Shown here: piece after piece, positions 1 through 13,754 of the stretch
Numbering within the stretch: position 1 is the stretch's first letter
Layout: every line of letters begins with the position of its first letter
DNA from: Mobula birostris
Taxonomy: Eukaryota
DNA: 64,000 nt
NCBI RefSeq assembly: GCF_030028105.1
Contig: NC_092379.1
Span: 19,383,309 to 19,447,308, forward strand
Direction: 5' to 3'
The notes under the pieces: generated by a model
What the model saw: only the letters and a program-made list of their open reading frames with translations
Told to the model about the DNA's origin: nothing
Database searches by the model: none
Made by a program: the position numbers and the translations under genes

Positions 1-149
1 AAAGAGGGGCAGTGGATAACCAAACTGTCACTTGAATAGTGACATCCCATACGCTGAATGCTGTAAGATGTCCACTCATAAGGTCTTTCTGAGGCCAGGC
101 ATCTGAAGGTACATTCTAAATCTTGTTTAGTCCACTCCATCTGACCTTT

Positions 150-3018
150 GGATTGAGGGTAAAACCCAGAGGAAAAGCTTACTGCTGCCACTATCAGTTT
201 ACAGAACACTCTCCAGAAATATGATGTTTATTGTGGACCACAATCTGAGACAACATCCACCAGGAATCTGTGGATCCTGAAGACCAGCACCAGGACTATT
301 TTGGCTGTCCCCCCTGCAGATGGTTGCTTCTTCAAGACAATGAACTTGCAGGCTTTCAAAAACCAATCGAAAATTACCATGATGACCGGCTTCCCCTTGG
401 TTGGCAGGAGACCCATGACAAGGTCCATGGAGGTGTGTGTCCAATGTCTTTCCAGAACAGGACGGGGGTGGGGGAGCCCTTGAGATCAGGAATGAGGCTC
501 CTTGTTCCAGTCACACACCTTACATGCTTCCACGAAGGACCGAACCTCTTTTGTCATTCCAGGCATCCAGTACCTCCACTTGGTAAACCTGAGGGTCCTG
601 GCAATCCCTGGCAGTGTGGTCATTTTTGACGAATGACCCCATTGGAGTACTTGTGACCAGAATGAAGTTGGGACAAAGAGCTGACCTAGAAGGCTGTTCT
701 TAGAAATTCCCCCCAATCGCTTGGGCCTTGTGATCAGGATCGTCGTTTGCTCATCCAATTGCTGTGACCACACTGACTTGCGGCAAAATAGGGGTAGGTT
801 GCTCCTCTCATTCTGGTTCGTCAAACTCACGGGACAGGGCTTCTGGCTTCTGGTTCTTTGACCCCAGTCAATAGAACAGGATGAATTCAAAAAACAAAGA
901 CAACCTGACCTGCTCGGAATGCAGGCTCTTGGCCTCCTGAATATAAGCCAGGTTCTTCTGGTCAGTCCAAATGATAAAAGGGTTCCTGGCCCTCTCAAAC
1001 CAGTGACGCCATTACTCCAAAGCTAAGAACTGCAAGGGGCTCCCAATTCTCGTTGTCATAGTTCCTCTCTGCCGGGGATAGCCACCTGGAGAAGAATGCG
1101 CACAGGTTTAGTTTACCATCCAAAGGTGATCGTTGAGACAAGATGGCATCCACTCCATTGATTGAGCTGTCCACCTCCATGATGAAGGGGAGGTCCCAGT
1201 TAGGAGAAACCAAATTAGAAGCTGTTGTGAACCACTGTTTGAGCTCAACAAAAGCAGACTCTGCTTCGGTAGTCCAGACGTAAGGGTGTGTAGAATTCTT
1301 AATTAGCAAAGGCAGCAGACCTGCACTGAGCTGAAGTTGCTTATGAACTTCTGGTAGAAATTTGCAATCCCCAAGAAACATTGGATTTGTTTGCTGCTAG
1401 ATGGTGGCGGTCAGTCTCTGACTGCCTGGGTCTTGGTAAGTCTTGGTAGGCTCCATCTTGAGATTGCCATTGGAGATGATGAACACCAAAAATGAAACAG
1501 TCGTCACGTGAAACTCAGACTTCTCCAACAGAACATCAACTCCATGCTCTAGACGCCTCTTTAAAATGTCCCTGACGTTAACGTCATTTTTCTCCATGGA
1601 CTTTGAAAAGGTTACGGTATCATCAATGTAGATGAAGGAATACTTATCAAGAATATCCATAATGGCTGGAGCATTCACGAGGCTGAAGGGCATCACCAGA
1701 TACTCGTAGTGCCCCGTTGGTGTATTGAATGCAGTCTTCCACTCATCACATTCCCTTATATGGACCAGATGGTACACACTCTGTCATTCCAGATTTGTGA
1801 ATACTCTCAGTCTTGGAGCATTTCGAAGTCCATGAATGGCAGTGGGTAGTGATATTTGGCCATCATGCAGTTTAATCTTCTATAATCAATGCACGGCGGA
1901 GGGCTTCCGTCCTTCTTTCGTATGAAGCAGAAGCCTGTGCCAGCGAGTGAGGTGAGGAGCCGAATGAAGCCTGTGGCAAGAGCCTCCTTAATATACTCTT
2001 CCACTACACTTCTCTCTGGGCCCAAGAGTGCACTTAATCAACCCTGCAGGGGACAAGTACCAGGCAGCAGGTATCGCACAGTTGTGGGGTTGGTGTGTTG
2101 GAAGAGTTGAGGCCTTTCCCTTGCTGAAGGCTTCCTCCATGTCCTTGTAGATGGATGCACTTTCAATGGGTTTGGGTGTTCTATCTCCTTGGACTCTCTT
2201 TCGAAGATGATCCCTGAGGCTTTTTAGGCAGTGGGGTGATTCAACTGACCTCAGAGTCCGCTCCCTAGGCTCACAAAGCTCATTCATGGAAACGAGCCAA
2301 GTCAGAGTCTAAATCCCAATCAGGATCCTCAGGCGGCGGCAGCGAGGTGTTACAGAGGGTTCTTTTCCTCCTGGGAACAGGTTTCAAGGCTCGGCATAAT
2401 GGAGTCTGTTCCATTACTCGAGACCTGGTAGCTGTGTTCTTAAGGTTGGCTGCAAGTTTCCCAGAGAGTTCGGGCATCTCTTTGGTCTAGTTCCTGTGGG
2501 ATTCAGACTCGATAGTGTCAGAACTCATACAGTCTCATCGTCTGGAATCAGTTTCTCCATCCAGGAGGGCAGGACTAAGTCACCAGAAGGTCTTGGATTA
2601 CTTCGCACTGAGGCTGCCCCCTTTTTGGTCATTTCTCATGGGAGTGTCTGAGTCTTGGAACACCATGCCACAAACAAACCCTCTTACAATGACGGACCAA
2701 GAAATTGAGGGGGAGGGCCAGGAGGGGATTTGGTACTCGAATTAGTGTAGTAAAGGGAACAGATAATATTAGGTGAGGAATGTGAAACCAACGTTTTGTT
2801 TCAATGATTCTCCCCTCCCTCCAGTCCATGGAGGATTATGCTGGGATAGCCAAGGGTACTCGAGGATCAGGGGTACGTGGAGAATCAATTATGTAGAAAC
2901 TAATATCATCCCCATGATCTGCTACCCTCATCTGCAAATCCACAGTCTGTTGCTGGATCCACCCAGAACCTAGTGGGCAACCGTCCAAGACAGTTGCAGG
3001 CATGGCTTGGCTCAACAC
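150..3018 (-). mobile_element. Decayed Ty3/gypsy (Tf1/Sushi-like) pol: protease tail, RT, RNase H, integrase
   Basis: Fragments [43 protein letters not shown]...GAILSQ, SDCGPQ across frameshifted ORFs. Confidence 0.88.
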
Positions 3019-3039
3019 TCACAGCGGGCAGTAACTTAC

Positions 3040-4110
3040 AGGTAAGTTACAGTACCTGGGCCTTTGTCCCTCCCTCCGCAATTGGATGCTCCGGTTAGGA
3101 AGACCACGATTCGTGATAATATCTCCTCCTTGCTGACGATCAACACTGGTGCACGTCAGGGGTGTGTGCTTAGCCCACTGCTTCTCTCTCTCTATACCCA
3201 TGACTGTATGGTTGGGCATAGCTCAAATACCATCTATAAATTTGCTGATGATACAACCGTTATTGGTAGAATCTCAGATGGAGATGAGAGGGCGTACAGG
3301 AGGGAGATATACCAACTTGTGTCGTGGTTCCACTGCAACAACCTTGCACTCAATAACAGTAAGACGAAAGAGCTGATTGTGGATTTCAGGAATGGCAAGA
3401 TCAAGGAACACATACCAATCCTCATAGAGGAATCAGAAGTGGAGACAGTGAGCCATTTCAAGTCCCTGGGTGTCAAGATCTCTGAGCACCTAACCTGCCC
3501 CCAACATATCGACGCAGCTATAAAGAAGGCAAGACAGTGACAATACTTCATTAGGAGTTTGAAGAGATTTGGTAGGTCAACAAAAACACTCAAAAGCTTC
3601 TATAGATGTACCATGGAGAGCATTCTGACAGGCTGCCACACTGTCTGGCGGGGGGCGGGGGTGGGGTGTTGGGTGGCTACTGCACAGGACCGAAAGAAGC
3701 TGCAGAAGGTCGTAAATTTAGTTGGCTCTATCGGGGGTACTAGCCTACATAGTACCCAGGACATCTTCAAAGAGAGGTATCTCAGAAAGGCAGCGTCCAT
3801 TATTAAGGACCCCCAGCACCCATTCCCATCAGATAGGAGGTACAGAAACCTGAAGGCACACACTCAGCGATTCAAGAACAGCTTCTGCCCCTCTGCCATT
3901 TAATTCCTAAATGGATATTGAACCCATGAACACCCCCTCACTTTTTAAATATATACTATTTCTGTTTTTGCATAATTTTTAATCTTGTTCAATATATGTA
4001 AACTGTAATTTATTTATTTATTTATTTTTCTTTTTATATTATGTATTGCTTTGAACTGCTGCTGCTAAACTAACAAATTTCATGACACATGCTGGTGATA
4101 ATAAACCTGA
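3040..4110 (+). mobile_element. 3' part of a non-LTR retrotransposon (Rex1/Babar- or L2-like)
   Basis: RT motifs QGCVLSPLL and KFADDTT; ends in ataaacctgattct. Confidence 0.8.
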
Positions 4111-4189
4111 TTCTGGATGTTGAACCAACCAGTGAATTAATGGGATTGGGATTAGTGACTGCTACTGTTATAGTCCTCCTGATACTGAA

Positions 4190-5870
4190 CGGTCTTAGCA
4201 GTCCTGACTGTTCCAGCCTGGGATGTTCAATCATGCCCACAGAACCTGGTCTTAGACTCTCCCAGTATAGGAAAAATCCTCTCCACATCCACTCTTATCA
4301 AGGCTTTTCAACATTTGATCAGTTTCAATAAGGTCACCACTCATTATTCTGAATTCCAGCAAGTACATGAAATTCTCTCCTTATGACAAGCCTTTCAATC
4401 CCAGAATGATTTTTGTGAACTCTCCTCAATGTGACCACATTCTTTCTTAGATAAGGGGCCCAAAAGTGCTCACAGTACTTCAAGTTGGGCCTCACCAATG
4501 CTTTCAAAGACTCAACGTTACATCCCTGCTCTTATCTTGTAGTCCACTTGGAATGAATGCTGACATCACATTTGCCTTCCTCACCACTGACACAACCTGC
4601 AAATTAACCTTTAGGAAATCCCGCACAAGGACTCCCAAGTTCCTCTGCACTTCAGATTTTTGAAATTTCTGTCCATTTAGAAAACAGTCTGCCCTTTTAT
4701 TTCTTCTTCCAAAGTGCATGACCATACAATTCCAAACATTGTATTCCATCTGCTGCTTCATTGCCCGCTCTCCCAATCTGTTTTAGTCCTTCTGTAGCCT
4801 CTCTACTTCCTCAAAACTACCTGCCCCTCCACCCATCTTGATTCATGTGCAAACTTTGCAACAAAGCCGACAATACCATCATCCAAGTCATTGACATTTT
4901 TCATTAAAAGCAGTCCCACCACTAGTCATCGGCAGCCAAACAGAAAAGTCTCCCTTTTATCCCATTCTTTGCCTTGTAGCAATCAGCCACTTTATCCATG
5001 CTAGTGTCTTTCCTGTAATACCATGGGCTCTTAACTTGTGAAGCAGCCTCGTGTGCGGCGCCTTGTCAAATGCCTTCTGAAAATCCAAGTACACAATATC
5101 CACCGATTCTATTCTGCTTGGTAACTCTTCAAAGAATTCCAACAAATTTCTCAGGCAGGCTTTTCCTCGAGAAAACCATGCTGACTGTGGCCTGCTTTAT
5201 GATGTGCCTCCAAGTACCCAGAAACTACAACCTTAACAATCAACTCCAAAATCTTCTCAACCACTAAGATCAGATTAACTGGCCAACAATTTCCTTTCTT
5301 CTGCCTCTCTCCTTCTTGAAAAGAGGAGTGACATTTCCAATTTTCCAGTCTTCTGGAACCATTCCAGAATCTAGTGATTTGTGAACAATCATCACTAATG
5401 CCTTCCCAGTCTCTTCAGTCACCTCCTCCAGAACCCTGGGGTGTACACCATCTGGTCCAGGTGACCTACCTACCTTCAGACCTTTCAGTTTCTCAAGAAC
5501 CTTCTCCCTAGTAATGGCAGAGTCTCCCACTTCTGCCCCCTGACACTCTCGAAATTCCCATACAGCTCGTGCCTTCCACAGTGAAGACTGATGCAAAATA
5601 CTTCTTTAGTTCTTCAGTTTGTCCACCATTTCCTTGTCCCCTATTACTATCTCTCCAGCATCATTGTCCAGTAGTCTGATATCCATTTTCTTCTCTCTTT
5701 CACAATTTATGTATCTGAAGAAACCTTTGGTATCCTTTTTAACAGTATTGGCTAGCTTACTTTTGTATTCCATGCTTTTCTTCTTTAAGACCTTTTTCAT
5801 TGCCTTCTGGTGGTTTTTAAATTCTTCCCAGTCTAACTTCCCACCAATTCTTGCTCCATTATATTAACTT
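4190..5870 (-). mobile_element. Degenerate CR1 LINE ORF2
   Basis: PGPDGVHPRVL, YLDFQKAFDK and VMHFGRRN fragments. Confidence 0.85.
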
Positions 5871-8522
5871 CCTGCCATAGGGATTGCGTTTACCAGTCTA
5901 TAGTTTCTGGCATTTTATGGGATCGATTCCCATCAATGAGAGGACTCCTTCATCCGGTTATCAGCAGTCATTTGGACAAAGCCCCAGGATGAGATTGAAA
6001 GGAAGAAATCTCAGTCTGTCTCTGTGGGAATGCCCCCAAACGCAGTATTGTGCAAAAATATACTTGGATCAGAATTTGGAGAGTCACACGTTCACAAAGT
6101 CGGGGAGATTTCCAGTGCCTAGAACACAGGGTGCAGAGCAGGAAGTGAGAAACATGTCCCGGATTTGGATATTAGTCCAGTACACTGGCCTTTGAGGATC
6201 TCTCCCTCGTACTCTGACCTCTCCCTCCTTGTCCTTCCTTGTTTCCCTCCCTCTTTCACCTTCCACCTTCTCTATTCATTTCATCAAGGGGTTGAGTTGG
6301 TGATGCAGATACACAAGTTCAGATCACATCACGGCAGCTGGGATGTTTAAACTCAGTTCATTAAACATGTAACTGTGGCTTTGACGAAATGGATTGATGT
6401 CCGTGTTTCAAGGAAGGGAATCTACTGACTTTACCTGGTCTGGCCTGTATATGTCTCCAGGCCCACGGTAATGTAATTGACCTTTAACTGCACTGTGAAA
6501 TGACCCAGTAATCCACCCAGTTCAAGAGCAGTTGGGATGGGAAAGAAATGTTGTTCTACTCACATCTCATGACTGAATAACTAAAAGTCATCCACGGTTA
6601 TATTGTATCATGACGGATCCATCACAGTTTAGATTTGTGATCAATCCCATGAGATTGGGATTGATTTTAATTTAAATTGCAGATATAGCATTAGGAATGA
6701 CTCTTGTCAATAGTTGGATTGGCCAGTCCTGCTTACACATGAGTGACCAGTGTAAGTTCAGGTTATGGGCATGGGAAATCTCCACAGGATCTGGTCCTAA
6801 GTCATCTCCTTAGCTGCAATAACTTCCCCAGTATCTGAGTCAGTGCCATGCCCCCTCATGACATGCTCTGCACTCCAGGTTATGGGCACAGGGAGTCTCC
6901 TACAATACATGATTGTGGGTGCAGTCTCTAAAATCTGCTCCATATATATTTTCCCAAATGTCCGAACATGGTGCATTCCTCAGATATGGGGTTGGGAATC
7001 TGATACTCGGATTCTTCCAAATAGCTGATTTTAAATTGCTTCTCAAACATGGGAATCACCACCCTTCCCGAAGATCATTCGTGCATTCCCAAGCTCTTGT
7101 CATACTTCCTCATGAATGATGTTGAGAATTAACCACAATTTCTGGTCCTGTGGAGGAGTATTTTTCTCATTGTCTGCTCTTTCATAGTTTTCCCCAATGT
7201 CTATTCCTGGAGTATATTCCTTCAATATCTGGTCCTGTGTGCCTTCCTCTAATGTCTGTCCCTTGGACTTACTCTGCTCAAATCAGGTGCTGGTGTCCAT
7301 CACACAAACATCTGTTGTATTCTATTCTATCTTGGTTTGCATTAATTTCGTACCTGTTTATCTTTTCTACTCCTGGTGTTGTATTTTCCTGCATTGGCAT
7401 ATTTTAAAAAAAATGCTATTTCTTGCTGACATCCCATTCAAACATGTGCCTGGTCGATATCCAGTTCTGCTTCACCTGTACTTGTACCAACACCTCCACA
7501 CTCTCTGATGGGTTTCCTTCAGCTTAGCACCGAGCAGGCCAAAAGCTTTGGTCCCCACAGTAAGTTCTGTTTCACGGCAGTGATGCTGTTAAGTGCCTTT
7601 TCAGTGGCCTGAGAACAAAAATTCAGGGTGACTTGACAGTTCACTGTAGTGCAGAGGGACAAAGGTGCTGCCTTTCAGCTGAGACATTGAAGGGAGATTG
7701 TGCATACAATGGAGAAGCTCCTGTACCTACAGCTTTATAGGACATGGAGGGTGGAGATTAGGATAATGTGTTGAAATATGGGATTGAGACCCTCATTATT
7801 AAACATTCCACCAATATCTGTATCTGGGATGTGTAACACGGTTCTGAAAAACTCTTCCAATGGGCCTCTGTGTTTTCCTGAATATCTTTCTCAGGGTGCA
7901 GCACCTTGGTATTCCTACCATGGGAAATCCATTAAGAACATGAACAGTATGTGTGGGGCTACACTCATATATCACAGGCTGGAAATCTCTCCGATATTTG
8001 TCCCGGGATGCACTACCCATTTGTTGTACTTGGACGCATGTGAAGTCACTGCAGTGATGAGGGAACTAAGATGGGCTGAATGGTTTTATCAACTCCAGAC
8101 ACTTCATTTTCTCATTTACTTTGTTTTTTAATTCACATAATTTCAAATCATGATATAAACTCCAGCAGAATAATGAAAGAAAAGCTACAGGCAATGATTT
8201 CCATAACGTCTGATTTCCAAAATATGACAGAACAAGATCCCAAGCCCCCTCTCCACCACAATCCCCGTCCCCATGTCAACTTCTTGCTCCATAACAATAA
8301 TACCCATTTCCTCACCTCCCTCTTCTCTTTCACTAAGCACACCCATATTCCCCGCTCCCCATTCCCAAGCCTTAACCCTGCCTTCCTCTGCCCTCCTGTA
8401 TACCCCCTCCAGTGTCACATATCCTGCCATTTTCCCAATGTATCATCCACTGCTGTCCCTCCACCCACCGAACCGGCTCTGTGCCCCCATTTCCCATCTG
8501 GCATCCCCGGTACATTTAGAGG

Positions 8523-8665
8523 TTTATTTCCTGAAATGAGCAGTTGCAGTGCAGTAGCCTCGGATTGCCGAGTGAGTGAGATGGAGACTCCATTTCCAAA
8601 CATCGCAGCCACACGGGGATCTCTTGACTGAATGTGGGGCGTGTGTCTGCTGGTCACTGCTGAAC
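8523..8665 (-). CDS. Candidate TM2 exon (VQQ*, coding 8654-8665) with short 3' UTR and AATAAA
   Basis: Acceptor tactctcctgtctatatttcag|GTT CAG CAG TGA is phase-0 compatible with TM1; AATAAA at 8523-8528. It is 19 kb from TM1 and unverified. Confidence 0.4.
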
Positions 8666-8896
8666 CTGAAATATAGACAGGAGAGTATGATATTGTGTGT
8701 GACAAGGTGCAGCACAGACATTAACCTGTGAGGACAGGTGAACTAAATAACAGATGGTCTGTCCTCATTCCAGGAGGTGGAATCCCATAAAGAGATGTCT
8801 GTCATTAGTCTCCGAGGTCACACCAAAACAAAAACCTGAATACCAGTTCAGACCTTTAGGGTGATCCACAGTTGGGCTAATGTTTTAGTTCCTGAC

Positions 8897-10745
8897 TAAA
8901 ACCATAAGATAAGACATAGGAGCAGAATTAGGCCATTTGGCCCATTGAGTCTGCTCCAGCATTTCATCATGGCTGATCCAATTTCCCTCTCAGCCCCAAT
9001 TACCTGCCTTCTCCCAGTATCCCTTCATGTCCTGACTAATCAAGAATCTATCAACCTCTTCCTTACATATACCCAGTGAGTTGGGTACCACAGCTGCCTG
9101 TGGCAATGAATTATACAGATTTTCCACTCTCTGGCTAAAGAAATTCCCCTTCACCTCTGTCACCATCACATCAGCCAGTGCATTCCAGACATCCTCCACT
9201 CTCTGAGTATAAAACTAAGCCCTCACATCCCCTTGATCCTATCCCCCTCACCTAAAATTCATGCTCTCTGGTAATACATATTTCAACCCTGGGAAAGAGA
9301 TACTCTCTCTCCACTCTATCTTTGTCTCTCATAATCTTGTAAACCTCGAGTAGATCCCGCACCCCCCAGCCTCCAAAGCTCCAGAGAAAACAACCCAAGT
9401 TTATGTGGCCTCTCCTGATTGCATGTTCCCTCGAAACCAGGCAGCATCCTGGCAAACCTCCTCTACACCCTCTCCAAAGCCTCAACATCCTTCCAATAGT
9501 AGGGCAACCAGAATTGTCCGCAATACTTCAGTGTGGTCTAACCTGAGTTTTATAAAGTTGTAACATAACCTCCTGACTTTTGAACTCAATGCCTCGATTA
9601 ATAAAAGCAAGCATTCCTTAAACCTTGTTAACCAATTTATTGACCTGTGTAGCCACTTTCAAGGAGTATGACCTTGGATCCTATGATCTCTCTGCTTAAC
9701 AATACTGTAAAAGACCTTCCCCTTAAAGGTGTACTGTCTCTTTACATTTGCCCTCCTGAGGTGTAACACCTCACATTTATCTGGATTAATCTCCATCTGC
9801 CATTTCTGAGTCCACATCTGCAGCTGATCAATGTTGTGCTGTATTCTTTGCCAGTCTTGCACACTATCCACAACTCCACCAGCCTTGGTATCATTCGCAA
9901 ATTTACAAATCCACTCATCCACATTTTCATCCAGATTACTTATATACATTACAAACAGCAGAAGTCCCAGCACAGATACCTATGGGACTTCACTAATTAC
10001 CGACCGCCAGCTTGAACAAATCCCCTAAACCATTAGCCTCTGTCTTCTATTCGCAAGCCAGTTCTGAATCCAAACAGCTGGTTTGCCACGGACCCCATGT
10101 ATCTTAATCTTCTGGATTAGCCTCCCATGAGGGACTTTGTCAAATGCCTTACTAAAATTCATGTGGACAGCATCCACTGCCCTACCGTCATCAATCTGTC
10201 TTACCTTGTCAAAAAACTATCAAGTTGTAAGGCACAACCTGCCACGCATAAAGCCATGCTGGCTCTCCCTAATTAGGCCATGGCTTTCCAAAAGGGGATA
10301 TCGAGGTACAACATTAGCCACTCGCCAGTCCTCTGAGAACTCACCTGTGGCAAGATAGGACACAAAGAGACTGGTCTCTTGCCTCCTTCAATAACCTGGA
10401 GTAAATCCCATCTGGGCTGTAGGACATCCATCTTAATCCTGATCAAGAGGCCCAACACTTCCTCCTCCTTGACTCTAAATGCCCAAATGTATTTATCTCC
10501 TCAGCACTGATCTCCATATCCTTTTCTTTGGTAAATACTGAAGCAAAGTACTCATTTGGCACCTCATTCATATTCTCTGCATCCAAGCAAATATTACCGC
10601 TCCCCCCATCCTTGAGTGGTCACATCCTCTCCTGAGTTATCCTCTTATTCTTGATGTATGTATAAAATGCCTTGAGATTCACCTTAATCCTACTTGTCAA
10701 GGACTTTTCATGGCCCCTCCTGGCTTCCGTCATTCCCTTTAGTTC
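8897..10745 (-). mobile_element. Adjacent CR1 LINE fragments, including a 3' end near 8900
   Basis: KFANDTK, NPDKCEVLH and FFSQRVENL fragments. Confidence 0.8.
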
Positions 10746-13620
10746 CTTTATATAGAACATAGAACATAGAATTGTACAGCACATTATAGGCCCTTCGGCC
10801 CACAATATTGTGCCGACCCTCAAACTCTGCCTCCCATATAACCCCCCCACCTTAAAGTCCTCCATATACCTGTCTAGTAGTCTCTTAAATTTCACTAGTG
10901 TATCTGCCTCCACCACTGACTCAGGCAGTGCGTTCCATGCACCAAGCACTCTGAGTGAAAAACCTTCCTCTAATATCCCCCTTGAACTTCCCACCCCTAA
11001 CCTTAAAGCCATGTCCTCTTGTATGGAGCAGTGGTGCCCTGGGGAAGAGGCGCTGGCTGTCCACTCTATCTATTCCTCTTAATATCTTGTACACCTCTGT
11101 CATGTCTATGGGAGAGTATAGGAGCAGGGATGTGATGTTGAGGCTCTATAAGGTGCTGGTGAAACCTCACTTGGAGTACTGTGGGCAGTTTTGGTCTCCT
11201 TATTTAAGAAAGGATGTGCTGACGTTGGAGAGGGTACAGAGAAGATTCACTAGAATGATTCCGGGAATGAGCGGGTTAACATATGAGGAACATTTGTCTG
11301 CTCTTGGACTGTATTCCTTGGAGTTTAGAAGAATGAGGGGAGACCTCATAGAAACATTTCGAATGTTGAAAGCAACGGACAGAGTGGATGTGGCCAAGTT
11401 GTTTCCCATGATGAGGGAGTCTAGTATGAGAGGGCATGACTTAAGGATTGAAGGGCGCCCATTCAGTACAGAGATGCAAAGAAAATTTTTTAGCCAGAGG
11501 GTGGTGAATCTATGGAATTTGTTGCCACGGGCAGTAGTGGAGGCCAAGTCATTGGGTGTATTTAAGGCAGAGATTGATAGGTATCTGAGTAGCCAGGGCA
11601 TCAAAGGTTATGGTGAGAAGGCGGGGAGTGGGACTAAATGGGAGAATGAATCAGCTCATGATAAAACGGCGGAGCAGACTCGATGGGCCAAATGGCCGAC
11701 TTCTGCTCCTTTGTCTTATGGTCTTTTGTCTCTTGTCATCCTCCTTCTCTCCAAAGAGTAAAGCCCTAGCTCCCTTAATCTCTAATCCATACTCTCTAAA
11801 CCAGGCAGCATCCTGGTGAAACTCCTCTGTACCCTTTCCAATGCTTCCACATCCTTCCTATAGTGAGGCAACCAGAACTGTACACAGTACTCCAAGTGTG
11901 GCCTAACCAGAGTTTTACAGAGCTGCATCATTACCTCGCGACTCTTAAACTCTATCCCTTGACTTATGAAAGCTAACACCCCATAAGCTTTCTTAACTAC
12001 CCTATCAACCTGTGAGGCAAATTTCGGGGTTCTGTGGACATGTACCCCCAGATCTCTCTGCTCCTCCACACTACCAAGTATCCTGCTATTTACTATGTAC
12101 TCTGACTTGGAGTTTGTCCTTCCAAAGTGTACTACCTCACAATTCTCCGGGTTGAACTCCATCTGCCACTTCTCAGCCCACTTCTGCATCCTATCAATGT
12201 CTCTGCAATCTTCGACAATCCTCTATACTATCAACAACACCACTAACCTTTGTGTCATCTGCAAACTTGCCAACCCACCCTCCTACCCCGACATCCAGGT
12301 CATTAATAAAAATCACAAATAGTAGAGGTCTCAGAACCAATCCTTGTAGGACACCAAAAGTCACAACCCTCTAATCCAAATGTTCTCCCTCCACCATGAC
12401 CCTCTGCCTTCTGCAGGCAAGCCAGTTCTGAATCCACCTGGCCAAACTTCCCTGGATCCCATGCCTTCTGACTTCTGAATAAGCCTACTGTGTGAAACCT
12501 TGTCAAATGCCTTACTAAAATCCATGTAGATCACAACTGCACTACCCTCATCTATATGCCTGGTCACCTCGTCAAAGAACTCCATCAGGCTTGTTGGACA
12601 CGATCTGCCCTTCACAAAGCCATGCTGACTGTCCCTGATCAGACTATGATTCTCTAAATGCCCATAGATCCTATCTCTAAGAATCTTTTCCAAAAGCTTT
12701 CCCACCACAGACGTAAGGCTCACTGGACTATGATTACCTGGACTATCCCTACTTCCTTTTTTGAACAAGGGGACAACATTCGCCTCCCTCCAATCCTCCG
12801 GTACCATTTCCGTGGACAACGAGGACATAAAGATCCTTGCCAGAGGCTGAGCACTCTCTTCCCTCGCCTCGTGGAGCAGCCTGGGGAATATTCCATCAGG
12901 CCCTGGGGACTTATCCATCCTAATGTATTTTAATAACTCCAACACCTCCTCTCCCTTAATATCGACATGCTCCAGAACATCAACATCACTCATATTGTCC
13001 TCACCGTCTTCAAGTTCCCTCTCATTGGTGAATACTGAAGAGAAGTATTCATTGAGCACCTTGCTCACTTCCACAACCTCCAGGCACATCTTCCCACCTT
13101 TATCTCTAATCGGTCCTATCTTCACTCCTGTCATCCTTTTGTTCTTCACATAATTGAAAAATACCTTGGGGTTTTCCTTTATCCTACTCGCCAAGGCCTT
13201 TTCATACCCCCTTCTTGCTCCTCAGCCCCTTCTTTTGCTCCTTTCTTGCTTCCCTATATTCTTCAATAGACCCATCTGATCTTTGCTTCCTAAACCTCAT
13301 GTATGCTGCCTTCTTCCACCTGACTAGATTTTCCACCTCACTTGTCAACCATGGTTCCTTCACCCTACCATTCCTTATCTTTCTCACTGGGACAAATTTA
13401 TCCTTAACATCCTGCAAGAGATCCCTAAACATCGACCACATGTCCACAGTACATTTCCCTGCAAAAACATCATCCCAATTCACACCCGCAAGTTCTAGCC
13501 TTAATGCATCAAAATTTGCCCTTCCCCAATTAAAAATTTTCCAATCCTCTCTGATTCTATCCTTTTCCATGATTTATACTCCTCACGTGCTTCATTTGAT
13601 TCAAACTTCTGAAGGTTTAC
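10746..13620 (-). mobile_element. CR1 LINE (ORF2 to 3' TTCTATG-type tail) with a nested opposite-strand CR1
   Basis: ORFs 13202-13570, 12361-13194 and 11782-12189 give contiguous CR1 ORF2; tail repeat at 10753-10770. Confidence 0.88.
11108..11722 (+). mobile_element. 5'-truncated CR1 3' fragment nested in the minus-strand CR1
   Basis: YRSRDVMLRLYKVLVKPHLEYC...FFSQRVVNLWN; the host resumes at tctcttgtcatcctcc, matching the intact copy near 59430-59460. Confidence 0.85.
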
Positions 13621-13754
13621 ATACTTTTTCTTCTTGACTAAGTTCATCACATCTCTGGATATCCAAAGTTCTCTTATATTTCCATCCCCATCCTTCCTTC
13701 TAACAGGTACATACCTTTCCTGTACTCTGTGTAATTGCTCTTTAAACATCTTCC

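Noticed and set aside
10955-11761. 268-aa plus-strand ORF as a host gene
   Set aside because: It is a chimera of antisense CR1 sequence and a nested sense CR1 fragment.
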